Shown piece by piece: positions 30,001 to 45,000 of a stretch of DNA of 64,000 bases (within the stretch, counting starts at the first letter, position 1; each line of letters begins with the position of its first letter). The notes under the pieces are model-generated. The model was not told the origin of the DNA and made no database searches. It was given only the letters and a program-made list of their open reading frames with translations. The DNA is from Eledone cirrhosa. Taxonomy: Eukaryota. The translations under genes were made by a program, and so were the position numbers. The stretch lies in the NCBI GenBank assembly GCA_964016885.1, contig OZ024751.1:6758001-6822000 (forward strand), written 5' to 3'.

Positions 30001-33000
30001 GTGTGGTCTGGTGTGGTATAGGTTGGTGTGATCTGGTGTGTGGTCTGGTGTGGTAGAGTATGGTGTGTTGTGGTGTGTGGTCTGGTGTGGTTTAGTTCGG
30101 TGTGATGTGGTCTGGTAGAGTGTGGTACAGTATGGTGTGATGTGGTTTGTGGTCTGGTGTGGTAGAGTATGGTGTGATGCGGTGTGTGGTATGGTGTGGT
30201 ACAGGTTGGTGTGATGTGGTGTGTGGTCTGGTGTGGTAGAGTATGGTGTGGTGTGGTGTGTGGTCTGGTGTGGTTCAGTGCGGTGTGATGTGGTCTGGTA
30301 CAGTATGGTACAGTATGGTGTGATGTGGTGTGTGGTCTGGTGTGGTACAGTATGGTGTGGTGTGGTGTGTGGTCTGGTGTGGTTCAGTGCGGTGTGATGT
30401 GGTGTTTGGTCGGGTGTGATACAGTATGGTGTGGTGTCGTGTGTGGTCTGGTGTGGTATAGTGTGGTGTGATGTGGTGTGTGGTCAGGTGTGGTATAGTA
30501 TGGTGTGATGTGGTGTGTGGTCTGGTGTGATGTGGTGTGTGGTCCGGTGTGTTGTAGTTTGGTTTGATGTGGTGTGTGGTCTGGTGTGGTATAATATGGT
30601 GTTGTGTGGTGTGTGGTCTGGTTTGCTAGTGTGTGGTGTGATGCGGTGTGTGGTCTGGTGTGGTACAGTATGGTGTGATGTGGTGTGTGGTCTGGTGTGG
30701 TACAGTATGGTGTGATGTGGTATGTGGTCTGGTGTGGTACAGTGTGGTGTGATGTGGTGTGTGGTCTGGTGGGGTACAGTGTGGTGTGACGTTGTGTGTG
30801 GTCTGGTGTGGTACAGTATGGTGTGATGTGGTGTGTGGTCTGGTGTGGTACAGTATGGTGTGATGTGGTGTGTGGTCTGGTGTGGTACAGTATGGTGCGA
30901 AGCAGTGTGTGGTCTAGTGTTGTACAGTATGGTGTGATGTGGTGTGTGGTCTGGTGTGGTACAGTATGGTGCGAAGCAGTGTGTGGTCTAGTGTTGTACA
31001 GTATGGTGTGATGTGGTGTGTGGTCTGTTGTGGTACAGTATGGTGTGATGTGGTACGTGGTCTGGTGTGGTACAGTGTGGTGTGATGTGGTGTGTGGTCT
31101 GGTGTGGTACAGTATGGTGTGCTGTTGTGTGTGGTCTGGTGTGGTATAGTATGGTGTGATGTGATGTGTGGTCTGGTGTGGTATATTGTGGTATAATGTG
31201 GTCTGGTCTGCTGCGGTACAGTATGGTGTGATGTGATGGGTGGTCTGGTGTGGTACAGTATGGTGTGATGTAGTGTGTGGTCTGGTTGTGGTACAATGTG
31301 GGGTGATGTGGTCTGGTCTGGTGTGGTACAGTATGGTGTAATGTGGTGTGTGGTCTGGTGTTGTAGAGTATGGTGTGGTGTGGTGTGTGGTCTGGTGTGG
31401 TATAGTATGGTGTGATGTGGTGTGTAGTCTGGTGTGGTACAGGTTGGTGTGATGTGGTGTGTGGTCTGGTGTGTTACAGTATGGTGTGATGTTGTGTGTG
31501 GTCTGGTGTGTTGCAGTTTGGTGTGATGTAGTGTGTGGTCTGGTGTGGTTCAGTGCGGTGTGATGTGGTCTGGTAGAGTGTGGTACAGTATGGTGTGATG
31601 TGGTGTGTGGTCTGGTGTGGTAGAGTATGGTGTGATGTGGTGTGTGGTATGGTGTGGTACAGGTTGGTGTGATGTGGTGTGTGGTCTGGTGTGGTACAGT
31701 GTGGTGTTATGTGGTGTGTGGTCTGGTGTGGTAGGGTATGGTGTTGTGTGGCGTGTGGTCTGGTGTGGTACAGTATGGTGTGATGTGGTGTGTGGTCTGG
31801 TGTGGTACAGGTTGGTGTGATGTGGTGTATGGTCTGGTATGGTAGAGTATGGTGTGTTGTGGTGTGTGGTCTGGTGTGGTTCAGTGCGGTGTGATGTGGT
31901 CTGGTAGAGTGTGGTACAGTATGTTGTGATGTGGTGTGTGGTCTGGTGTGGTACAGTATGGTGTGATGTGGTGTGTTGTCTGGTGTGGTATATTATGGTG
32001 TGATGCAGTGTGTGGTCATGGTGAGGTACAGTATGGTGTGATGTGGTGTGTGGTCTGGTCTGGTACAGTATGGTGTGATGTGGTGTCTGGTCGGGTGTGA
32101 TACAGTATGGTGTGGTGTGGTGTGTGGTCTGGTGTGGTATAGTGTGGTGTGATGTGGTGTGTGGTCAGGTGTGGTATAGTATGGTGTGATGTGGTGTGTG
32201 GTCTGGTGTGATGTGGTGTGTGGTCCGGTGTGTTGTAGTTTGGTTTGATGTGGTGTGTGGTCTGGTGTGGTATAATATGGTGTTGTGTGGTGTGTGGTCT
32301 GGTTTGCTAGTGTGTGGTGTGATGCGGTGTGTGCTCTGGTGTGGTACAGTATGGTTTGATGTGGTGTGTGGTCTGGTGTGGTACAGTATGGTGTGATGTG
32401 GGGTGTGGTCTGGTGTGATGTGGTGTGTGGTCTGGTGTGGTACAGTATGGTGTGATGTGGTGTGTGGTCTGGTGTGGCACAGTATGGTGCGAAGCAGTGT
32501 GTGGTCTAGTGTTGTACAGTATGGTGTGATGTGGTGTGTGGTCTGTTGTGGTACAGTATGGTGTGATGTGGTCTGGTCTGGTGTGGTACAGTATGGTGTG
32601 CTGTTGTGTGTGGTCTGGTGTGGTATAGGATGGTGTGATGTAATGTGTGGTCTGGTGTGGTATATTGTGGTATAATGTGGTCTGGTCTGCTGCGGTACAG
32701 TATGGTGTGATGTGATGGGTGGTCTGGTGTGGTACAGTATGTTGTGATGTAGTGTGTGGTCTGGTTGTGGTACAATGTGGGGTGATGTGGTTTGGTCTGG
32801 TGTGGTACAGTATGGTGTAATGTGGTGTGTGGTCTGGTGTTGTAGAGTATGGTGTGGTGTGGTGTGTGGTCTGGTGTGGTATAGTATGGTGTGATGTGGT
32901 GTGTAGTCTGGTGTGGTACAGGTTGGTGTGATGTGGTATGTGGTCTGGTGTGTTACAGTATGGTGTGATGTTGTGTGTGGTCTGGTGTTTTGCAGTTTGG

Positions 33001-36000
33001 TGTGATGTAGTGTGTGGTCTGGTGTGGTATAGTATGGTGTGATCTTGTGTATGGGCTGGTGTGGTGTAGTGTGGTGTGATGTAGTGTGTGGTCTGGTGTG
33101 GTACAGTGTGGTGTGATGTGGTATGTGGTCTGGTGTGGTACAGTGTGGCGTTATGTGGCATGTGGTCTGGTGTGGTAGGGTATGGTGTTGTGTGGCGTGT
33201 GGTCTGGTGTGATACAGTATGGTGTGATGTGGTGTGTGGTCTGGTGTGGTACAGGTTGGTGTGATGTGGTGTGTGGTCTGGTGTGGTAGAGTATGGTGTT
33301 GTGTAGTGTGTGGTCTGGTGTGGTACAGTATGGTGTGATGTGGTGTGTGGTCTGGTGTGGTACAGTATGGTGTGATGTGGTATGTGGTCTGGTGTGGTAC
33401 AGTGTGGTGTGATGTGGTGTGTGGTCTGGTGTGGTACAGTGTGGTGTGATGTGGTGTGTGGTCTGGTGTGGTACAGCATGGTCTGATGTGGCATGTGGTC
33501 TGGTGTGGTAAAGTATGGTGTGATGTGGTGTGTGGTCTAGTGTAGTACAGTATGGTGTGATGTGGTGTGTGGTCTGGTGTGGTAGAGTATGGTGAGATGT
33601 GGTGTGTGGTCTGTTGTGATATAATATGGTGTGATGTTGTGTGCGGTCTGGTGTGGTACAGTATGGTGTGGTGTGGTGTGTGGTCTGGTTTTGTACATTA
33701 TGGTATGATGTTGTCTGGTCTGGTGTGGTACAGTGTGTAGTGATGTGGTGTGTGGTCTGGTGTGGTACAGTATGGTGTGGTGTTGTATGTGGTCTGGTGT
33801 GGTATAGTATGGTGTGTGGTCTGGTGTGGTATATTTTGGTTTAATGTGGTCTGGTCTGCTGCGGTACAGTATAGTGTGATGTGGTGTGTGGTCTGGTGTG
33901 GTACAGTATGGTGTGATGTAGTGTGTGGTCTGGTTGTGGTATAATGTGGGGTCATGTGGTCTGGTCTGGTGTGGTACAGTATGGTGTAATGTGGTTTGTG
34001 TTCTGGTGTGGTACAGAATGGTGTGATGTGGTTTGTGGTCTGGTGTGGAAGAGTATGGTGTGATCTTGTGTGTGGTCTGGTGTGGTATAGTGTGGTGTGA
34101 TGTGGTGTGTGGGCTCGTGTGGTACAGTATGGTGTAATGCGGCGTGTGGTCTCGTGTGGTACAGTATAGTGTAATGTGGTGTGTGGTCTGGAGTGGCATA
34201 GTGTGGTGTGATGTGGTGTGTGGTCTGGTGTGGTACAGTATGGTGTGATGTGGTGTGTGATCTGGTGTGGTACAATATGGTGTGATGTGGTGTGTGGTCT
34301 GGTGTGGTATAGTATGGTGTGATCTTGTGTATGGGCTTGTGTGGTACAGTATGGTGTGATGTGGTGTGTGGTATGGTATGGTACAGTGTCGGGTTATGTG
34401 GTGTGTGTTCTGGTGTGGTACAGTGTGGTGTGATGTGGTGTGGTGTGTGGTCTGGTGTGGTACAGTGTGGTGTTATGTGGCGTGTGGTCTGGTGTGGTAG
34501 GGTATGGTGTTGTGAGGCGTGTGGTCTGGTGTGGTACAGTATGGTGTGATGTGGTGTGTGGTCTGGTGTGGTACAGGTTGGTGTGATGTGGTGTGTGGTC
34601 TGGTGTGGTAGAGTGTGGTGTTATGTGGTGTGGTTCAGTGCGGTGTGATGTGGTCTGGTAGAGTGTGGTACAGTATGGTGTGATGTGGTGTGTGGTCTGG
34701 TGTGGTAGAGTATGGTGTGATGTGGTGTGTGGTATGGTGTGGTACAGGTTGGTGTGATGTGGTGTGTGGTCTGGTGTGGTACAGTGTGGTGTTATGTGGT
34801 GTGTGGTCTGGTGTGGTAGGGTATGGTGTTGTGTGGCGTGTGGTCTGGTGTGGTACAGTATGGTGTGATGTGGTGTGTGGTCTGGTGTGGTACAGGTTGG
34901 TGTGATGTGGTGTATGGTCTGGTATGGTAGAGTATGGTGTGTTGTGGTGTGTGGTCTGGTGTGGTTCAGTGCGGTGTGATGTGGTCTGGTAGAGTGTGGT
35001 ACAGTATGGTGTGATGTGGTGTGTGGTCTGGTGTGGTAGAGTATGGTGTGATGTGGTGTGTGGTATGGTGTGGTACAGGTTGGTGTGATGTGGTGTGTGG
35101 TCTTGTGTGGTAGAGTATGGTGTGGTGTGGTGTGTGGTCTGGTGTGGTTCAGTGTGGTGTGATGTGGTCTGGTACAGTGTGGTACAGTATGTTGTGATGG
35201 GGTGTGTGGTCTGGTGTGGTACAGTATGGTGTGATGTGGTGTGTTGTCTGGTGTGGTATATTATGGTGTGATGCAGTGTGTGGTCATGGTGAGGTACAGT
35301 ATGGTGTGATGTGGTGTGTGGTCTGGTCTGGTACAGTATGGTGTGATGTGGTGTTTGGCCGGGTGTGATACAGTATGGTGTGGTGTGGTGTGTGGTCTGG
35401 TGTGGTATAGTGTGGTGTGATGTGGTGTGTGGTCAGGTGTGGTATAGTATGGTGTGATGTGGTGTGTGGTCTGGTGTGATGTGGTGTGTGGTCCGGTGTG
35501 TTGTAGTTTGGTTTGATGTGGTGTGTGGTCTGGTGTGGTATAATATGGTGTTGTGTGGTGTGTGGTCTGGTTTGCTAGTGTGTGGTGTGATGCGGTGTGT
35601 GCTCTGGTGTGGTACAGTATGGTTTGATGTGGTGTGTGGTCTGGTGTGGTACAGTATGGTGTGATGTGGTGTGTGGTCTGGTGTGATGTGGTGTGTGGTC
35701 TGGTGTGGTAGAGTATGGTGTGATGTGGTGTGTGGTATGGTGTGGTACAGTATGGTGTGATGTGGTGTGTGGTCTGTTGATGTAGAGTATGGTGTGGTGT
35801 GGTGTGTGGTCTGGTGTGGTACAGTATGTTGTGATGTGGTGTGTGGTCTGGTGTTCTAGAGTATGGTGTGGTGTGGTGTGTGGTCTGGTGTGGTACAGTA
35901 TGGTGTGATGTGGTGTGTGGTCTGGTGTGGTACAGTATGGTGTGATGTGATGTGTGGTCTGGCGTGGTACAGTGTGGTCTGATGTGGTGTGTGGTCTGGT

Positions 36001-39000
36001 GTGTTACAGTATGGTGTGATGTGGTGTGTGGTCTGGTGTGTTACAGTATGGTGTGATGCAGTGTGTGGTCTGGTGTGGTACAGTGTGGTGTGATGTGGTG
36101 TGTGGTCTGGTGTGGTTTCAGTGTGGTGTGATGTGGTGTGTGGTCTGGTGTGGTACAGTGTGGTGTTATGTGGTGTATGGTCTGGTGTGGTTTCAGTGTG
36201 GTGTGATGTGGTGTGTAGTCTGGTGTGGTACAGTGTGGTGTGATGTGGTGTGTGGTCTGGTGTGTTACAGTATGGTGTGATGTGGTGTGTGGTCTGGTGT
36301 GGTACAGTGTGGTGTTATGTGGCGTGTGGTCTGGTGTGGTAGGGAATGGTGTTGTGTGGCGTGTGGTCTGGTGTGGTACAGGTTGGTGTGATGTGGTGTG
36401 TAGTCTGATGTGGTAGAGTATGGTGTGGTGTGGTATGTGGTCTGGTAGTGTGATACAGTGTGGTGTGATCTTGTGTATGGGCTGGTGTGGTATAGTGTGG
36501 TGTGATGTAGTGTGTGGTCTGGTGTGGTACAGTATGGTGTGATGTGGTGTGTGGTCTGTTGTGGTACAGTATGGTGTGATGTGGTATGTGGTCTGGTGTG
36601 GTACAGTGTGGTGTGATGTGGTGTGTGGTCTGGTGTGGTACAGTGTGGTGTGATGTGGTGTGTGGTCTGGTGTGGTACAGTATGGTGTGATGTGGTGTGT
36701 GGTCTGGTGTGGTACAGTATGGTGCGAAGCAGTGTGTTGTCTAGTGTAGTACAGTATGGTGTGACGTGGTGTGTGGTCTGGTGTGGTACAGTATGGTGAG
36801 ATGTGGTGTGTGGTCTGTTGGGATATAGTATGGTGCGAAGCAGTGTGTTGTCTAGTGTAGTACAGTATGATGTGATGTGGTGTGTGTTCTGGTGTGGTAC
36901 AGTATGGTGTGATGTGGTGTGTGGTCTGGTGTGGTATAGTATGGTGTGATGTGGTGTGTGGTCTTGTGTGGTATAGTATGGTGTGATCTTGTTTATGGGC
37001 TGGTCTGGTATAGTGTGGTGTGATGTAGTGTGTGGTCTGGTGTGGTACAGTATGGTGTGATGTGGTGTGTGGTCTGTTGTGGTACAGTATGGTGTGATGT
37101 GGTGTGTGGTCTGGTGTGGTACAGTATGGTGTGATGTGGCGTGTGGTCTGGTGTAGTACAGTATGGTGTGACGTGGTGTGTGGTCTGGTGTGGTACAGTA
37201 TGGTGAGATGTGGTGTGTGGTCTGTTGTGATATAGTATGGTGTGATGTGGCGTGTGGTCTGGTGTGGTACAGTATGGTGTGATGTGGTCTGGTCTGGTGT
37301 GGTACAGTGTGTAGTGATGTGGTGTGTGGTCTGGTGTGGTACAGTATGGTGTGGTGTTGTGTGTGGTCTGGTGTGGTAGAGCATGGTGTGATGTGGTTTG
37401 TGGTCTGGTGTGGAAGAGTATGGTGTGATCTTGTGTGTGGTCTTGTGTGGTATAGTTTGGTGTGATGTGGTGTGTGGGCTTGTGTGGTACAGTATGGTGT
37501 AATGTGGCGTGTGGTCTCGTGTGGTACAGTATGGTATGATGCGGTGTGGGGTCTGGTGTGGTACAGTGTGGTGTGATGTGGTGTGTTGTCTGGCATGGTA
37601 CAGGTTGGTGTGATGTGGTGTGTGGTCTGCTATTGTAGAGCATGGTGTGGTGTGTGATCTGGTGTGGTACAGTATGGTGTGATGTGGTGTGTGGTCTGGT
37701 GTGGTACTGTATGGTGTGATGTGGTGTGTGGTCTGGTGTGGTATAGTATGGTGTGATGTGGTGTGTGGTCTGGTGTGGTATAGTGTGGTGTGATGTGGGG
37801 TGTGGTCTGGTGTGGTATAGTATGGTGTGATGTGGTGTGTGGTCTTGTGTGTTATAGTATGGTGTGATGCGTTGTGTTGTCTGGTGTGGTACATTATGGT
37901 GTGATGTGGTCTGGTCTGGTGTGGTACAGTGTGTAGTGATGTGGTGTGTGGTCTGGTGTGGTACAGTATGGTGTGGTGTTGTGTGTGGTCTGGTGTGGTA
38001 TAGTATGGTGTGATGTGATGTGTGCTCTGGTGTGGTATATTGTGGTATAATGTTGTCTGGTCTGCTGCGGTACAGTATGGTGTGATGTGGTGCGTGGTCT
38101 GGTGTGGTACAGTATGGTGTGATGTGGTTTGTGGTCTGGTGTGGAAGAGTATGGTGTGATCTTGTGTGTGGTCTGGTGTGATATAGTATGGTGTTATGTG
38201 GTGTGTGGTCTGGTGTGGTACAGTATGGTGTGGTGTGGTGTGTTGTCTGGTCTGCTGCGGTACAGTATGGTGTGATGTGGTGTGTGGTCTGGTGTGGTAC
38301 AGTATGGTGTGATGTAGTGTGTGGTCTGGTTGCGGTAGAGTATGGTGTGATGTGGTTTGTGGTCTGGTGTGGAAGAGTATGGTGTGATCTTGTGTGTGGT
38401 CTGGTGTCGTATAGTGTGGTGTGATGTGGTGTGTGGGCTCGTGTGCTACAGTATGGTGTAATGTGGCGTGTGGTCTCGTGTGGTACAGTATGGTGTAATA
38501 TGGTATGTGGTTCGGTGTGGCATAGTGTGGTGTGATGTGGTGTGTGGTCTGGTGTGGTATAGTATGTTGTGATGTGGTGTGTGGTATGGTGTGATGTGGT
38601 GTGTGGTCTGGTGTGGAACAGTATGGTGTGATCTTGTGTGTAGTCTGGTGTTGTAGAGTATGGTGTGATGTGGTGTGTGGTCTGGTGTGGTACAGTATTG
38701 TGTGATGTGGTGTGTTGTCTGGTGTGGTACAGGTTGGTGTGATGTGGTGTGTGGTCTTGTGTTGTATGGTGTGATGTGGTTTGTGGTCTGGTGTGGAAGA
38801 GTATGGTGTGATGTGGTTTGTGGTCTGGTGTGGAAGAGTATGGTGTGATCTTGTGTGTGGTCTGGTGTGGTACAGTGTGGTGTGATGTGGTGTGTGGTCT
38901 GGTGTGGTACAGTATGGTGTGGTGTTGTGTGTGGTCTGGTGTGGTAGTGAAGTGTGATGTGGTGTGTGGTCTGGTGTGGTGTGATGTGGTGTGTGGTCTG

Positions 39001-42000
39001 GTGTGGTGTGATGTGGTGTGTGGTCTGGTGTGGTACAGTATGTTGTGATGTGGTGTGTGGTCTGGTGTGGTACAGTGTGGTGTGATGTGGTGTGTGGTCT
39101 GGTGTGGTATAGTATGGTGTGATGTGGTGTGTGGTCTGGTGTGGTAGTGAAGTGTGATGTGGTGTGTGGTCTGGTGTGGTGTGATGTGGTGTTTGGTCTG
39201 GTGTGGTACAGTCTGGTGTGATGTGGTGTGTGGCCTGGCGTGGTATATTGTGGTGTGATGTGGTGTGTGGTCTGGTGTCGTACAATGTGGTGTGATGTGG
39301 TGTGTGGTCTGGTGTGGTACAGTATGTTGTGATGTGGTGTGTGGTCTGGTGTGGTACAGTGTGGTGTGATGTGGTGTGCGGTCTGCTGTGGTACAGTATG
39401 GTGTGATGTGGTGTGTGGTCTGGTGTGGTACAGTGTGGTTTGATGTGGTGTGTGGTCTGGTGTGGTACAGTGTGGTGTGATGTGGTGTGTGGTCTGGCGT
39501 TGTACAGAGTGGTGTGATGTGCTGTATGGTCTGGTGAGATAAGTATGGTGTGATGTGGTGTGTGGTCTGGTGTGGTACTGTATGGTGTGATGTGGTGTGT
39601 GGTATGGTGTGATGTGGTGTGTGGTCTGGTGTGTTGCAATTTGGTGTGATGTTGTGTGTGGTCTGGTGTGGTAGAGTTTGGTGTGATGTGGTGTGTGGTC
39701 TGGTGTGGTACAGTATGGTGTGATGTTGTGTGTGGTCCGGTGTGGTACAGTGTGGTGTGATGTGGTACAGTATGGTGTGATGTGGTGTGTGGTCTGGTGT
39801 GGGACAGTGTGGTGTGATGTGGTGTATGGTCTGGTGAGGTACAGTATGGTGTGGTGTGGTGTGGTACTGTATGGTGTGATGTGGTGTGTGGTCTGGTGTG
39901 GTACAGGTTGGTGTGATGTGGTGTGTGGTCTGGTGTGGTACATGTTGGTGTGATGTGGTGTGTGGTCTGGTGTGATATAGTGTGGTGTGATGTTGTGTGT
40001 GGTCTGGTGTGGTACAGTATTTGTGTGATGTGGTGTGTGGTCTGGTGTGGTACAGTGTGGTGTGATGTGGTGTGTGGTCTGGTTTGGTACAGAATGGTGT
40101 GATGTGGTGTATGGTCTGGTGAGGTACAGTATGGTGTGATGTGGATTGTGGTCTGGTGTGGTACTGTATGGTGTGATGTGGTGTGTGGTCTGGTTGTGGT
40201 ACAGCGTAGTGTGATGGGGTGTGTGGTCTAGTGTCGTACAGTCTAGCGTGATGTGGTGTGTGGCCTGGCATGGTATATTGTGGTGTGATGTGGTGTGTGG
40301 TCTGTTGTCGTTCAATGTGGTGTGATGTGGTGTGTGGTACAGTATGTTGTGATGTGGTGTGTGGTCTGGTGTGGTACAGTGTGGTGTGATGTGGTGTGTG
40401 GTCTGGTGTGGTATAGTATGGTGTGATGTGGTGTGTGGTCTGCTGTGGTAGTGAAGTGTGATGTGGTGTGTGGTCTGGTGTGGTACAGTGTGGTGTCATG
40501 TGGTGTGTGGTCTGGTGTGGTACAGTGTGGTGTGATGTGATGTGTGGTCTGGTGTGGTACAGCGTGGCTTGATGTGGTGTGCGGTCTGCTGTGGTACAGT
40601 ATGGTGTGATGTGGTGTGTGGTTTGGTGTGGTTCAGTGTGGTGTGATGTGGTGTGTGGTCTGGTGTGGTACAGAGTGGTGTGATGTGGTGTATGGTCTGG
40701 TGAGGTAAGTATGGTGTGATGTGGTGTGTGGTCTGGTGTGGTACTGTATGGTGTGATGTGCTGTGTGGTATGGTGTGATGTGGTGTGTGGTCTGGTGTGT
40801 TGCAATTTGGTGTGATGTTGTGTGTGGTCTGGTGTGGTAGAGTTTGGTGTGATGTGGTGTGTGGTCTGGTGTGGTATAGTATGGTGTGATGCAGTGTGTG
40901 GTCTGGTGTGGTACAGTATGGTGTGATGTTGTGTGTGGTCTGGTGTGGTACAGTATGGTGTGATGTGTTGTGTGGTCTGGTGTGGTACAGTGTGGTTTGA
41001 TGTGGTGTGTGGTCTGGTGTGGTACAGTCTGGTGTGATGTGGTGTGTGGTCTGGTGTGGTATATTGTGGTGTGATGTGGTGTGTGGTCTGGTGTAGTACA
41101 GTATGGTGTGATGTGGTGTGTGGTCTGGTTGTGGTACAGCGTAGTGTGATGGGGTGTGTGGTCTGGTGTGGTACAGTCTGGTGTGATGTGGTGTGTGGCC
41201 TGGTGTGGTATATTGTGGTGTGATGTGGTATGTGGTCTGGTGTGGTACAGGTTGGTGTGATGTGGTGTGTGGTCTGGTGTGATATAGTGTGGTGTGATGT
41301 TGTGTGTGGTCTGGTGTGGTACAGTATTTGTGTGATGTGGTGTGTGGTCTGGTCTGGTACAGTGTGGTGTGATGTGGTGTGTGGTCTGGTGTGGTTCACA
41401 ATGGTGTGATGTGGTGTATGGTCTGGTGAGGTACAGTATGGTGTGATGTGGTGTGTGGTCTGGTGTGGTACTGTATGGTGTGATGTAGTGTGTGGTCTGG
41501 TGTGGTACAGGTTGGAGTGATGTGGTGTGTGGTCTGGTGTGGTACATGTTGGTGTCATGTGGTGTGTGGTCTGGTGTGGTTCAGGTTGGTGTGATGTGGT
41601 GTGTGTCTGGTGTGATATAGTGTGGTGTGATGTAGTGTGTGGTCTGGTGTGGTACAGTATTTGTGTGATGTGGTGTGTGGTCTGGTGTGGTACTGTATGG
41701 TGTGATGTGGTGTGTGGTCTGGTTGTGGTACAGCGTAGCGTGATGGGGTGTGTGGTCTGGTGTGGTACAGTGTGTTGTGATGTGGTGTGTGGTCTGGTGT
41801 CGTACAATGTGGTGTGATGTGGTGTGTGGTCTAGTGAGGTACAGTATGGTGTGATGTGGTGTGTGGTCTGGTGTGTTACTGTATGGTGTGATGTGGTGTG
41901 TGGTCTGGTTGTGGTACAGCGTAGTGTGATGGGGTGTGTGGTCTGGTGTGGTACAGTCTGGTGTGATGTGGTGTGTGGCCTGGCGTGGTATATTGTGGTG

Positions 42001-45000
42001 TGATGTGGTGTGTGGTCTGGTGTCGTACAATGTGGTGTGATGTGGTGTGTGGTCTGGTGTGTTGCAATTTGGTGTGATGTTGTGTGTGGTCTGGTGTGGT
42101 AGAGTTTGGTGTGATGTGGTGTGTGGTCTGGTGTGGTATAGTATGGTGTGATGCAGTGTGTGATCTGGTGTGGTACAGTATGGTGTGATGTTGTGTGTGG
42201 TCCGGTGTGGTACAGTGTGGTGTGATGTGGTACAGTATGGTGTGATGTGGTGTGTGGTCTGGTGTGGGACAGTGTGGTGTGATGTGGTGTATGGTCTGGT
42301 GAGGTAAGTATGGTGTGATGTGGTGTGTGGTCTGGTGTGGTACTGTATGGTGTGATGTGGTGTGTGGTATGGTGTGATGTGGTGTGTGGTCTGGTGTGTT
42401 GCAATTTGGTGTGATGTTGTGTGTGGTCTGGTGTGGAAGAGTTTGGTGTGATGTGGTGTGTAGTCTGGTGTGGTATAGTATGGTGTGATGCAGTGTGTGG
42501 TCTGGTGTGGTACAGTATGGTGTGATGTTGTGTGTGGTCCGGTGTGGTACAGTGTGGTGTGATGTGGTACAGTATGGTGTGATGTGGTGTATGGTCTGGT
42601 GAGGTAAGTATGGTGTGATGTGGTGTGTGGTCTGGTGTGATATAGTGTGGTGTGATGTTGTGTGTGGTCTGGTGTGGTACAGTATTTGTGTGATGTGGTG
42701 TGTAGTCTGGTGTGGTACAGTGTGGTGTGATGTGGTGTGTGGTCTGGTGTGGTACTGAATGGTGTGATGTGGTGTATGGTCTAGTGAGGTACAGTATGGT
42801 GTGATGTGGTGTGTGGTCTGGTGTGGTACAGTATGGTGTGATGTGGTGTGTGGTCTGGTTGTGGTACAGCGTAGTGTGATGGGGTGTGTGGTCTGGTGTG
42901 GTACAGTCTGGTGTGATGTGGTGTGTGGCCTGGCGTGGTATATTGTGGTGTGATGTGGTGTGTGGTCTGGTGTCGTACAATGTGGTGTGATGTGGTGTGT
43001 GGTCTGGTGTGCTACAGTATGTTGTGATGTGGTGTGTGGTCTGGTGTGGTACAGTGTGGTGTGATGTGGTGTGTGGTCTGGTGTGGTACAGTGTGGTGTG
43101 ATGTGGTGTTTGGTCTCGTCTGGTACAGCGTTGCGTGATGTGGTGTGCGGTCTGCTGTGGTACAGTATGGTGTGATGTGGTGTGTGGTCTGGTGTGGTAC
43201 AGTGTGGTTTGATGCGGTGTGTGGTCTGGTGTGGTACAGTGTGGTGTGATGTGTTGTGTGGCCTGGTGTGGTACAGAGTGGTGTGATGTGGTGTATGGTC
43301 TGGTGAGATAAGTATGGTGTGATGTGGTGTGTGGTATGGTGTGATGTGGTGTGTGGTCTGGTGTGTTGCAATTTGGTGTGATGTTGTGTGTGGTCTGGTG
43401 TGGTAGAGTTTGGTGTGATGTGGTGTGTGGTCTGGTGTGGTATAGTATGGTGTGATGCAGTGTGTGGTCTGGTGTGGTACAGTATGGTGTGATGTTGTGT
43501 GTGGTCCGGTGTGGTACAGTGTGGTGTGATGTGGTACAGTATGGTGTGATGTGGTGTGTGGTCTGGTGTGGGACAGTGTGGTGTGATGTGGTGTATGGTC
43601 TGGTGAGGTAAGTATGGTGTGATGTGGTGTGTGGTCTGGTGTGGTACAGGTTGGTGTGATGTGGTGTGTGGTCTGGTGTGGTACATGTTGGTCTGATGTG
43701 GTGTGTGATCTGGTGTGGTTCAGGTTGGTGTGATGTGGTGTGTGGTCTGGTGTGATATAGTGTGGTGTGATGTTGTGTGTGGTCTGCTGTGGTACAGTAT
43801 TTGTGTGATGTGGTGTGTAGTCTGGTGTGGTACAGTGTGGCGTGATGTGGTGTGTGGTCTCGTGTGGTACTGAATGGTGTGATGTGGTGTATGGTTTAGT
43901 GAGGTACAGTATGGTGTGATGTGGTGTGTGGTCTGGTGTGGTACTGTATGGTGTGATGTGGTGTGTAGTCTGGTTGTGGTACAGCGTAGTGTGATGGGGT
44001 GTGTGGTCTGGCGTGGTATATTGTGGTGTGATGTGGTGTGTGGTCTGGTGTCGTACAATGTGGTGTGATGTGGTGTGTGGTCTGGTGTGGTACAGAATGG
44101 TGTGATGTGGTGTGTGGTCTGGTGTGGTACTGTATGGTGTGATGTGGTGTGTGGTCTGGTTGTGGTACAGCGTGGTGTGATGGGGTGTGTGGTCTGGTGT
44201 GGTACAGTCTGGTGTGATGCGGTGTGTGGCCTGGCGTGTGATGTGGTGTGTGGTCTGGTGTCGTACAATGTGGTGTGATGTGGTGTGTGGTCTGGTGTGG
44301 TACAGTATGTTGTCATGTGCTGTGTGGTCTGGTGTGGTACAGTATGGTGTGATGTGGTGTGTGGTCTGGTGTGGTACAGTGTGGTGTGATGTGGTGTGTG
44401 GTCTGGTGTGGTACAGTGTGGTGTGATGTGGTGTGTGGTCTGGTGTGGTACAGTATGGTGTGATGTGGTGTGTGGTCTGGTGTGGTACAGTGTGGTGTGA
44501 TGTGGTGTGTGGTCTGGTGTGGTACAGTGTGGTGTGATGTGGTGTGTGGTCTGGTGTGGTACAGTATGGTGTGATGTGGTGTGTGGTCTGGTGTGGTACA
44601 GTGTGGTGTGATGTGGTGTGTGGTCTGGTGTGGTACAGCGTGGCGTGATGTGGTGTGCGGTCTGCTGTGCTACAGTATGGTGTGAAGTGGTTTGTGGTCT
44701 GGTGTGGTACAGTGTGGTTTGATGTGGTGTGTGGTCTGGTGTGGTACAGTGTGGTGTGATGTGGTGTGTTGTCTGGTGTGGTACAGAGTCGTGTGATGTG
44801 GTGTATGGTCTGGTGAGGTAAGTATGGTGTGATGTGGTGTGTGGTCTGGTGTGGTACTGTATGGTGTGATGTGGTGTGTGGTCTGGTGTGATGTGGTGTG
44901 TGGTCTGGTGTGTTGCATTTTGCTGTGATGTTGTGTGTGGTCTGCTGTGGTAGAGTTTGGTGTGATGTGGTGTGTGGTCTGGTGTGGTATAGTATGGTGT

